64,000 bases of DNA from Patescibacteria group bacterium (lineage in GTDB: Bacteria > Patescibacteriota > UBA1384 > UBA12157 > JAENIV01). The translations under genes were made by a program, and so were the position numbers. Positions 47,811 to 55,990 of this stretch are shown piece after piece (the stretch's first letter is position 1; each line of letters starts with the position of its first letter). The notes beneath the pieces are model-generated. The model was not told where the DNA came from, ran no database searches, and saw nothing but the letters and a program-made list of their open reading frames with translations. The stretch is taken from positions 1,834-65,833 of the forward strand of contig JBAYHL010000002.1 in the NCBI GenBank assembly GCA_041666185.1, read 5' to 3'.

Positions 47811-48326
47811 TTACTCCTTTAAAAGCTCGTTGAGCTTTTCGTCTAAAGTTTTTAGACGTTCTTCTTCATCTATTTCGGGTTCAACAGCTTTTTTAGGTTT
47901 AGCAGGTGTTTTAGTTACCTTTGGTGCTTTTACTTTTGTTTCTTTTTCAATCTCAGATTTTGCTTCTTCAACTTTTTCTTCCTTGACTTGTTTTTCTGGA
48001 GCTAGTTCTTCCTCAACTTTTTTAGAAATTTTTGGTAAAGCTCCTTTTGATTTTTTAGTAGCAACAATTAAATGTCTTAGAATTTCTTCTTTAAGATTTA
48101 ATTTACGATTTAGTTCAGCGACTTTTTCTTCCGAAATTTCAAAAACAATCGTCGAAAAATAAGCTTCACTTTGTTTTTCAACTTTGTAAACGAGTTGTTT
48201 CCGGCCTAAGGACGAAGCAGAGACTATTTTGCCAGATAGGCTTTCAATAATTTCTGGCGTTGGTCCGTCAACTGCCGGATTTTTTAATTCTTCAATTGTA
48301 AGAAATGTAATTTCATATTGTTTCAT
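47811..48326 (-). CDS. rpsF: 30S ribosomal protein S6 with Lys/Glu-rich C-terminal extension
   Basis: MKQYEITFLT... S6 fold. Conserved rpsF-ssb-rpsR order. Confidence 0.85.
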   Translation of the reverse strand: MKQYEITFLTIEELKNPAVDGPTPEIIESLSGKIVSASSLGRKQLVYKVEKQSEAYFSTIVFEISEEKVAELNRKLNLKEEILRHLIVATKKSKGALPKISKKVEEELAPEKQVKEEKVEEAKSEIEKETKVKAPKVTKTPAKPKKAVEPEIDEEERLKTLDEKLNELLKE

Positions 48327-48366
48327 TGCTTTTCAAATATAACAGAAGAAGAAAACTTTTGCAAGC

Positions 48367-48411
48367 CCCCACACCTATTATTACTTTCAGCGTATTTTAA
48401 TAGGTATGGGG
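48367..48411 (-). promoter_or_regulatory. Stable 14-bp hairpin in the rpsF 5' leader (candidate S6:S18 autoregulatory element)
   Basis: CCCCAUACCUAUUA / UAAUAGGUGUGGGG with a 17-nt loop. Pairing is complete only on the minus (mRNA) strand via one G-U. Confidence 0.4.
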
Positions 48412-48461
48412 ATAAAAGCTCAGGTCTTAAAAACCCCCGTTCAAACGGGGGTTTATCTTTG

Positions 48462-49085
48462 CTAACTAGCGTTAGGACTTTCTTCTTCGAAGATTTCTCC
48501 TGTTAGTTCTTCATCTTCAATGTCAGCTTCTTCGTATTTACCTTGGTAGGTAATGTCAGTTTCTCTTTGAAGCAGGGCAAGAATGTTCCAGTATTTATCG
48601 CAATGATTAAGCAGAAGTGGGTTCATACATATAGGTATGCCACAGATTTCTATTCTTTTCTGATATGAATCAGAGAGAAGTTGGGCAACAAATCGAAAGT
48701 CACCGTCACGAGTAACAATAATAGCCGTATCGTATTGTTCATGAGATTTAATCATTTCACAAACTAATTGGCAGTCAGAATATCCTTTAATTCTATGCAA
48801 TCCCTTTTCAGGATTATTCTGAATAGTTTGTAAGACAGTAATCACTTGGAATCCGTTTTGTCGTAAACTCATGATGGTGGCATGGGTTGATCGTTCTATT
48901 CTACCGTCAGGTGAAGCCGAGATCATCATTAGTTTTTTTTCTGCCGGGCGACCATAGATAATTATGTTAACAAGTTTTTGAATATCGATGTTAATACCCC
49001 TTCGTTGCCGAATGATATCTAATATGTCGAAAAAATTATCGCCATCAATAAAAACGGCCACTCTTTCATTTTTTGAATTGTCCAA
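48462..49085 (-). CDS. NYN-domain (LabA/YacP-like) protein
   Basis: VAVFIDGDNF motif and about 200-aa length. Confidence 0.7.
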   Translation of the reverse strand: MDNSKNERVAVFIDGDNFFDILDIIRQRRGINIDIQKLVNIIIYGRPAEKKLMMISASPDGRIERSTHATIMSLRQNGFQVITVLQTIQNNPEKGLHRIKGYSDCQLVCEMIKSHEQYDTAIIVTRDGDFRFVAQLLSDSYQKRIEICGIPICMNPLLLNHCDKYWNILALLQRETDITYQGKYEEADIEDEELTGEIFEEESPNAS

Positions 49086-49154
49086 GGTGCTATACCTCCT
49101 GAATAAAACTGACCTAAATCTTACCAGAAAACAGAGAACAAGTCAAGAGTTTCG

Positions 49155-50258
49155 TTAAACATTGAATCGAAATAGTACAATGTCGCCATCTTGAACAATA
49201 TAAGTTTTCCCCTCGGTTTTAATGAGCCCTTTTTCTTTGCAACCGGCCCAACCGTTATATTGAATAAAGTCTTCGTATTTTATGACTTCGGCGGCAATAA
49301 ATCCGCGCTCAAAATCAGTATGAATAACGCCGGCGGCCTGTGGTGCAGTTGAACCTTTCTTAATAGTCCAGGCGCGTGTTTCTTGTTCGCCAGAAGTAAG
49401 ATAGGTAATAAGTCCTAAGGTGCTGTAAGCGGCATGAATTAGTCGCGCAAGACCGCTTTCTTTAAGTCCCAAGGATTCTAAAAATTCACCTTGCTCATCT
49501 TTATTTAGCGCGCCAAGTTCTGATTCAACTTTAGCAGAAATAGGAATTAAGCTTTCAGGATTTTTAATAATTTCTTGTAGGTTATATTTTTCAATTAATT
49601 CTTCAGAGCTCGCTCCGGCCATGTCTTCGGAGACATTGGCAATATATAAAACTGGTTTAGAGGTAAGTAACTGAATTTCTTTAATTGGCGCTAAGTCTTC
49701 GCTGTTAGGAAAAATTGCCCAGACTGGCAATTCGTTTTCCAAGCCTTCTTTAATTTTTTCTAAAATAGCAATTTTCTTTTTAGTTTCATTATCGCCAGCT
49801 TTTAGTTCTTTTCGCATTCTTTCAAATGTTTTTTCGATAACATTTAGATCAGATAAGATTAATTCCAATTGAATAGTTTTAATGTCTTCAGCTGGTTCAA
49901 TTTTGCCAGCCACGTGGACAATATCGGAATTTTTAAAAAATCTAACCACCATGGCAATGGCGTCAGTTTCTTTGACATGAGAGAGAAATTTATTGCCCAA
50001 ACCTTCACCCTTATGAGCTCCTTTAACTAACCCGGCAATGTCGATAAATTCAATTGTTGTTGGTACTGTTTTTTTACTTTTAGAAATTTCTGTAAGTTTT
50101 GCCAAGCGACTATCTGGTACTTCAACAACACCGACATTTGGGTCGATGGTGCAAAATGGATAATTGCTTGCTTCGGCTTGAGCATTTTTTACCAAAGCGT
50201 TAAATAAGGTTGATTTACCAACGTTGGGTAGACCAACAATTCCAATACTTAAAGACAT
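49155..50258 (-). CDS. ychF: Ribosome-binding ATPase YchF
   Basis: GIVGLPNVGKSTLFNALV P-loop and C-terminal TGS domain. Confidence 0.95.
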   Translation of the reverse strand: MSLSIGIVGLPNVGKSTLFNALVKNAQAEASNYPFCTIDPNVGVVEVPDSRLAKLTEISKSKKTVPTTIEFIDIAGLVKGAHKGEGLGNKFLSHVKETDAIAMVVRFFKNSDIVHVAGKIEPAEDIKTIQLELILSDLNVIEKTFERMRKELKAGDNETKKKIAILEKIKEGLENELPVWAIFPNSEDLAPIKEIQLLTSKPVLYIANVSEDMAGASSEELIEKYNLQEIIKNPESLIPISAKVESELGALNKDEQGEFLESLGLKESGLARLIHAAYSTLGLITYLTSGEQETRAWTIKKGSTAPQAAGVIHTDFERGFIAAEVIKYEDFIQYNGWAGCKEKGLIKTEGKTYIVQDGDIVLFRFNV

Positions 50259-50386
50259 AACGAGCTTATTCTAGCATAATTTTCAAATTTATGGTAGAGT
50301 ATATATTCTCTGTGGTAATACAGAGCGAAAAGCCAATAGGGTTTAAAATTCATGTCTTTGACAACTGAGACAAAAAGGGGAAAGAA

Positions 50387-51136
50387 ATGGATAGAAACGG
50401 AATTGAATTGGCAGTAGTCGCGTTAAGGTCAATAAGACGAGACGTTGGATTAATAGATTGGCTTCACGACCAATGTAAAAACGGTTTGTTATTAGGTCTT
50501 GAAGAAGCTTTAGTTGATAGTTTAATTGATGGTTCGTATTTCTTCCAAGATGCCCGTCATCTTTCCGAGGATTTTTGTCGGTACATTCACAAAGAAAAGT
50601 CTCGTGAAAGAAATCTTCATCCTGGTTTTATTTCTTTGCTAAAAGCAGTTGCTTCTCGACTCGAATCAGATATTGTTAAAGATAAAAAATATGACCAGAA
50701 AATGTCTTTACTTCTATTTGACGCAGTTCATACCTTTTATGATGTAATCAGTTCTGGTAACACAAAAGACCGCGAAGCTGCGAACAGACTGGCTATGTGT
50801 TTTGGCGAAGCTTCGGATATTGATTTTATTAATGAAACGCTTATGTCGTTAGAGAAAAATGGAGCTGATGAAGAGTTTTTAAATGCACTTGCCGAAGGTG
50901 CTAATAGGCAAGAGGGTGCATGGGAAGTTAGGAAATTTTATTATTTGACAGGAAAGGCAATCCGAGAAGATCAAGAGTCTTGCATTAAGGCTCTTAAAAT
51001 AAGTTTGTCTAATAAATTTGCTCTTCCAAATCCTTCTCAGAAGGATTTACGGGCTCGTAGAGCAGATATCAAAAGGTTAACCCAGTTTGTGGGCAAACCA
51101 AGTGCAAGAGAATTTTTACAAGGTTTGATTAGTTAA
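50387..51136 (+). CDS. Hypothetical protein
   Basis: 249 aa, predicted alpha-helical, no recognised motif. Confidence 0.5.
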   Translation: MDRNGIELAVVALRSIRRDVGLIDWLHDQCKNGLLLGLEEALVDSLIDGSYFFQDARHLSEDFCRYIHKEKSRERNLHPGFISLLKAVASRLESDIVKDKKYDQKMSLLLFDAVHTFYDVISSGNTKDREAANRLAMCFGEASDIDFINETLMSLEKNGADEEFLNALAEGANRQEGAWEVRKFYYLTGKAIREDQESCIKALKISLSNKFALPNPSQKDLRARRADIKRLTQFVGKPSAREFLQGLIS

Positions 51137-51183
51137 TTTAGTGAGCAAAAACTTATCCTCCGGCAAAACAATGCCGGAGTTTT

Positions 51184-51690
51184 TTAAATCTTTCTTTTTA
51201 ATTTCAAATAAACTTCTCTTAAAAGGCGGGCATCATCCAAAGCATTATGTCGTTGGTACTTTTCTGAGTCAATGCCAAATTTTTTAACCATATCTTTTTG
51301 TCTTTCGTGATATTCTAACGGATCGTAACCTAGGCCGTAAAGAATGCTGGCAAAATCTAGGGGCATCCAGAAGAAAGGGCAATCATCAATGGTAAAAAGT
51401 TTATAAATGTATAAGATATCGAATTGATTAACATAGGCCATTGCCACGGATTTGTTTTTACCAACAAAATCTCTTATTTTCTGTTTTGCTTCATCTCGAC
51501 TAACTTTTTTGTTTTTCAAATTGGGGATAATATTTTCTTTAACCCAAGGGTCTACTTCACCATCATAAGTTAATTCTAAATAAAGTTCCTCGCCACTTTC
51601 TTTAACTAAGCCAATGGAAAGAATTTCTCCTTTGTATGGGTCAAGGCTTGAAAATTCAGTGTCCAAAAATATAATTTCTTTATCTTTCAT
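51184..51690 (-). CDS. 3'-5' exonuclease, DEDDh (DnaQ-like) family
   Basis: Exo I FLDTEFS, Exo II GEILSIG-like and Exo III HNALDDARLL motifs. Confidence 0.75.
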   Translation of the reverse strand: MKDKEIIFLDTEFSSLDPYKGEILSIGLVKESGEELYLELTYDGEVDPWVKENIIPNLKNKKVSRDEAKQKIRDFVGKNKSVAMAYVNQFDILYIYKLFTIDDCPFFWMPLDFASILYGLGYDPLEYHERQKDMVKKFGIDSEKYQRHNALDDARLLREVYLKLKRKI

Positions 51691-51805
51691 AACTTGATTA
51701 TGCTTGAAAAGTTGTTAAAAGAGAATATCTAACAGGTTGACTAAGATATAGTAATCAGCTATTTTAAGGGAGGTTAACACAGGTGCTGCAGAAGGGGTGA
51801 AATAA

Positions 51806-52570
51806 ATGGAAGCATGTCCGACGTTTCGAGAATTTATAGAACCGCTTGTTAGTCAGTTTGATGCAGGAGACATATGGCTTAGAGGTGTGGAAACAGACTC
51901 TATCCCTGAAGAATGGGAAGGATTTATGGTTTCTGAAGTAGATCGAGGGGGTGTTCTTCTTTTATGCCAAGCAATATGTGCCGAAGTGTTTTACGAGATT
52001 TCAATGATTAATGATATTGGGCGTTACAATCAATATCGTCACGACTTTCATGGATTAATGAAGGCTGTCTGTGAAAAAGCAAATGGGCTTGGGGTATTCA
52101 TTGAACTTTCGGAAATTGACTTGCCGGTTACTTGTACAGAAGTTCTTGTTAGAACTGGGATAATCGAAGAAGTTGACGGGAATAAGGCGCAGCTAAGTGA
52201 AGTTGGGTGGCAACTTGCTGAAGCAACTGAAAAACAGTTGCGCGGTGGAGGCACAGCGCTTTTACTGGAAAAAGTACCTTTTAGAATTATTAAGACACCT
52301 GCTGGGCCAGCTCCGGAAGAGATTCGCCAAAAATGGATTGGTATTGAACTTGCTGGTTGGTTGAGAGATGCGGAGCCAATTTATGACTTTACTTCATCTT
52401 TTCCTTGCTTAATGCAGGGTAAAGCTGGTTATGTAGTACTGGTCGATGAAGCCTTAGAAAAACTGGAAAAGGTTGATGAGAGAGCATCGATGTGGTTTCG
52501 TGAATGGTTTTCTAAAGGATCTGGCAAACATTTTGTTTTTGAGCAAGATGTAACAGAGCCGATCGAGTAA
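51806..52570 (+). CDS. Hypothetical protein
   Basis: 254 aa, GC about 45%, no recognised motif. Confidence 0.5.
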   Translation: MEACPTFREFIEPLVSQFDAGDIWLRGVETDSIPEEWEGFMVSEVDRGGVLLLCQAICAEVFYEISMINDIGRYNQYRHDFHGLMKAVCEKANGLGVFIELSEIDLPVTCTEVLVRTGIIEEVDGNKAQLSEVGWQLAEATEKQLRGGGTALLLEKVPFRIIKTPAGPAPEEIRQKWIGIELAGWLRDAEPIYDFTSSFPCLMQGKAGYVVLVDEALEKLEKVDERASMWFREWFSKGSGKHFVFEQDVTEPIE

Positions 52571-52589
52571 GTTTTGATGTGGAGGGTAT

Positions 52590-52802
52590 GTGATGAAAGA
52601 TAAGGTTTTGGTTGGGCTTGAAAAAAGCGTTGAGCGCTCTACCGGGCGGACTGTGAAGTATTTGAGAGAGACACCAATTTGTCAGCAACGACGAGACATT
52701 GAAGCAAAAACTGGTAAGCCGATGCGAATCGTATCTTCTTTGCCAAGAATATTGGATAGCAAGACAATTAATCAAATGGTAGACAAAGCTCTACGCACCT
52801 AG
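52590..52802 (+). CDS. Small hypothetical protein
   Basis: 70 aa, RBS GGAGGGT precedes the ATG, basic. Confidence 0.35.
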   Translation: MMKDKVLVGLEKSVERSTGRTVKYLRETPICQQRRDIEAKTGKPMRIVSSLPRILDSKTINQMVDKALRT

Positions 52803-52863
52803 CAAACGATGACTAGTTTTTACCAAGGATATTCGGCGTTAAATGCTGGATATCCTTTTTTTA

Positions 52864-52893
52864 TTTCAACACCTCAATACTTGAGGCGTTGGA
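52864..52893 (+). repeat. 30-bp palindromic element, copy 1 (tttcaacacctcaatacttgaggcgttgga)
   Basis: 11-bp arms CAACACCTCAA/TTGAGGCGTTG with a 3-nt loop. Identical at 28 of 30 positions to the copy at 55856. Confidence 0.6.
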
Positions 52894-52950
52894 CAAGGTA
52901 TAAAAAAAAGAGCAGAGAAATTAATTTTCCCTGCTCACAATGGCATTGTT

Positions 52951-55725
52951 CTACCAGCTTCCTCCGCTGGATGAAGATATTCCTCCGCCGAAGCTGCCTC
53001 CGGAAGAAGAGGAGGAGCCGCCGCCCCAACTCGAAGAGCTTGACCATGATGACGAGCTACTACTTGAGCTTGACTCATACCTTTGTCGTCTTTCTCTCTC
53101 TTCTTCTTGGCGAATTTGAGCTTGTTTGACTTCGTAAGTATGTCGGGAATCGCGAACTTGTTGTTCCCAGGAATTTCTTATAGTCTCGATTCCGGCGTAA
53201 AGCAGTAGATAGTTAAGCAACTGATCTCCTGTTGGAGGCTGATAGGATGAGAGGTTGTCAATCTTGCCACCATATTTTTTTATCTTCTTGATGGCAGTGT
53301 TTCTTTCTTCGTCCAGTTCGGTTACTGCTTGCTCGTAGTTTTTTTTCGCTTTGTCGAGCTCGTCACAAAGTTGTATGCAGCTTGTGAATTGCTCGTGAGC
53401 TTGCGAAAAATGTTCAATAGCCTCTTCAGCTTTTCTCTTGGCCTCGACGTGGTGATTTGTTCCCAGGCTCGATTGAGCAGTGGAAAGATCATTTTTGCCG
53501 GCTTCGTAAGCATCATTACCATTTCTCAAGGCCGTAGCCGCATATCGGGTGCCAGCATGAACTTTGATTGTCTCCTCTAAACGTTCATTTGCCTTTTCGC
53601 GGATTTTCGTTGTTTTCTCAAATTGCTCCGTGGTTTTTGCAATAATCTTGTTAGCATTCATAATAGCGCTTTTGGCTATTTCTGTTTGCTCGACGCACTT
53701 GCTGTAAGTCGTCTTGACGATTTCAGCCTGGTGGTCGATATCCCCAAGGCTGTCTGAACTCATTAGTAATGCTTCGAATTTCGCTTCTTCTCGTTGTGCA
53801 TTATCGAAGGTAATTCGCGGATCATCTTTTGGCGCCAAAACAGTGTTGTTAATCGATGGGGAATCTTCTATTCGTTTGGCGACCATAGCTTTTCGTATTC
53901 TGATAAGTTGATCAAGTTGACAACTAAGTGTTTCTTCTTGCGCCAGACCTTTATTGATTGCCTCGAGATAGGCGATTGGATCACTCCAGCGATTGGAATT
54001 TACCTGATCGTAGTAAGTCTGATCAGAAGCATCATCGCCGTAAAGAGTGTGACTTGCAAGCCAACGCTGAGGAATCTTGTTATCATTTGCAAGTTTAAGC
54101 ATTGCATCGAGCTTTTCAGGGGTCATAAGCTCTTCGGCCGTGTGAATGCGGCTTTCGGCAGCATGTTTTAATTGGTCCCAAGCCTCAGCCGCTCTCTTAT
54201 ATCGACTATCTAACTCATTAATGAGGTTTTGCGGTTTAAAAGTAATTCGTTTGGTTTCAGGGGCGAAAAGCTTTCTTTTTTCCACCTCGCCAGTGTCGAA
54301 TTCAAATGGGCTAGAAAGGAAATCGATAGCTCTTTTTAGCGGTCCGAAGTTAAAGAAAACACCGCGAACAGCCAAAGCTTTAGCCTCTTCAATGTGAAGG
54401 CGAAGAGCTTCGATAGCAATGAAAATACGGTCCACTTCTTTGGTTGTGCTATCGTAAAGCTCTTTTGTCTTTCCCTTAATATCGGTAAGAGTAAGTATCA
54501 TCGTTCGCTCTTGATCGAAATTGATATACTTAGGAGCAGCATTTTGGAGCATCCCTTGCCATTTTTCAATTTCTTTATCGAATCGCTGACGCAAAGTTTT
54601 CAAAGCGCGAAGGCGACTGAGAAATAAATAGAAGGCTAAAAAGATGATAAAAACAATACTCACCATCTTTATGTTTGATGCTACTCGTTGTTCTAGCAAT
54701 TCACGTTCTTTTTCGGCGACAAAACTAGCCAAACCAGAAGTAGATTTACTAAGAGACGAGGCCTCATTAGTCATCTCGTCTGTTTTGTCTTTTTGGCGAA
54801 TTTCTTTAGCGTGCTTAAGTGCAATGCGATACAAAGAGAGGTTTCTGGGTAAGAGTTTACGATCTTTACCCAAAGTTTCTGTCATATTCGCGATTTGCCT
54901 ATCAAGCTTGCTACGAGCAGCAATAAGCTCTCTTTCTCGGAACTTGATAAGTTGGATGTGGCTTTCAAGGTCGTTGATAGCTTTATCCAAAACTTTTACT
55001 TCCGCGAACATTTGTCCTCGATTGGTTCCGGCAACAATAGCAATTGCATGCTTATTGATTCTCTGATAGCTTTCGGTGTTCTGGGGTAAATATCTTTCCT
55101 GGTAATCAAGAAGCCGTTGAAGCTCGTTGATTTTGCTATTGAGCGTCTGACGAGCAGCTTTTAGTTGTCGAGCAGCTATAACAGCTGGGTCAGTTTCTGT
55201 TGTCAGATACTTATCTACTGCCTGGGCCATCTTAATGATGCCCGTTTTTGGATCTTTGCGAGCATTCTTAACATAGCTTACAAAGATGGCAGTGTAGGGA
55301 TCATGGGCCTCTCTGACAAATCCAAGCCTGCTTTCCCATTCACTACCGGCTAAAAAACGATATTTTTTGGGACTGTAGGTTAGTAAAAAGATACAGGACT
55401 TAGTAGTATCGAAATCTGGATCATCTTGCCAATCGGTGCAAAGGTTATCGATTGCGCAAGCAGTATCTTCGTCTGAATATCCGTCGAACGATTCAACAAT
55501 AACGACATAGTAAGGATACTTTAACTTAGCCATGGCCTTTTGTATTTCTTCAAGGCCGTGTTTACCAATACCTTCTGGGTCAAAACCGTTAGGTACAGTG
55601 TAGACATATTGTCCAGGTCTGACGTTCGGTGCAGGTATTGATATTGCAAGGACGCAGATTGGTGCTTGTAGTAATACTAAAGCAACCAGAGTGACGAAAA
55701 AGCGTGACAGTGTTTTCAATTGCAT
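52951..55725 (-). CDS. Large membrane protein: signal peptide, TPM-like domain, coiled coil, TM helix, long coiled-coil region and Ser/Gly-rich C-terminal tail
   Basis: 924 aa. N-terminal signal MQLKTLSRFFVTLVALVLL. The region around residues 40-170 resembles a TPM domain. TM helix MVSIVFIIFLAFYLFL. C-terminus SSSSSSSSSWSSSSSWGGGSSSSSGGSFGGGISSSSGGSW, like the Gly-rich tails of YgcG-type TPM proteins. Confidence 0.6.
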   Translation of the reverse strand: MQLKTLSRFFVTLVALVLLQAPICVLAISIPAPNVRPGQYVYTVPNGFDPEGIGKHGLEEIQKAMAKLKYPYYVVIVESFDGYSDEDTACAIDNLCTDWQDDPDFDTTKSCIFLLTYSPKKYRFLAGSEWESRLGFVREAHDPYTAIFVSYVKNARKDPKTGIIKMAQAVDKYLTTETDPAVIAARQLKAARQTLNSKINELQRLLDYQERYLPQNTESYQRINKHAIAIVAGTNRGQMFAEVKVLDKAINDLESHIQLIKFRERELIAARSKLDRQIANMTETLGKDRKLLPRNLSLYRIALKHAKEIRQKDKTDEMTNEASSLSKSTSGLASFVAEKERELLEQRVASNIKMVSIVFIIFLAFYLFLSRLRALKTLRQRFDKEIEKWQGMLQNAAPKYINFDQERTMILTLTDIKGKTKELYDSTTKEVDRIFIAIEALRLHIEEAKALAVRGVFFNFGPLKRAIDFLSSPFEFDTGEVEKRKLFAPETKRITFKPQNLINELDSRYKRAAEAWDQLKHAAESRIHTAEELMTPEKLDAMLKLANDNKIPQRWLASHTLYGDDASDQTYYDQVNSNRWSDPIAYLEAINKGLAQEETLSCQLDQLIRIRKAMVAKRIEDSPSINNTVLAPKDDPRITFDNAQREEAKFEALLMSSDSLGDIDHQAEIVKTTYSKCVEQTEIAKSAIMNANKIIAKTTEQFEKTTKIREKANERLEETIKVHAGTRYAATALRNGNDAYEAGKNDLSTAQSSLGTNHHVEAKRKAEEAIEHFSQAHEQFTSCIQLCDELDKAKKNYEQAVTELDEERNTAIKKIKKYGGKIDNLSSYQPPTGDQLLNYLLLYAGIETIRNSWEQQVRDSRHTYEVKQAQIRQEEERERRQRYESSSSSSSSSWSSSSSWGGGSSSSSGGSFGGGISSSSGGSW

Positions 55726-55855
55726 TTCCTCCTTCGAAGTTGACGATTTGATTTTTAATGAACAAACAATGTGTAACCTAAAAGGCTACACACTATCCTA
55801 GCAGAAAATCTTTTACTTGTCAATATGGTTAGAGGTAGTATTGTTAAGGCAAAAA

Positions 55856-55885
55856 TTTCAACGCCTCAAGTGTTGAGGCGTTGAA
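55856..55885 (+). repeat. 30-bp palindromic element, copy 2 (tttcaacgcctcaagtgttgaggcgttgaa)
   Basis: Perfect 11-bp inverted repeat CAACGCCTCAA/TTGAGGCGTTG with a 3-nt loop, in the divergent intergenic region. Confidence 0.6.
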
Positions 55886-55903
55886 AAGATTAACCTGTTT
55901 GGA

Positions 55904-55932
55904 TTGACAAGAAGCTCTTTTGCTAGTAAGAT
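55904..55932 (+). promoter_or_regulatory. Sigma70-type promoter for the CPA2 antiporter gene
   Basis: TTGACA, 17 nt, TAAGAT. Lies 20 nt downstream of palindrome copy 2. Confidence 0.45.
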
Positions 55933-55990
55933 GTGAAGTCTTAACAAGTAGTACATTACCAATTAAATAACTAACTCGCGGAGGTGGGGA

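Noticed and set aside
52809-53129. Plus-strand 106-aa ORF overlapping the 3' end of the 924-aa gene
   Set aside because: Antisense to the Ser/Gly-tail coding region (hence Arg/Pro-rich translation); spurious.
53322-55353. Numerous 60-140-aa ORFs on both strands inside the 924-aa gene
   Set aside because: All are shadows of the long, higher-GC gene.
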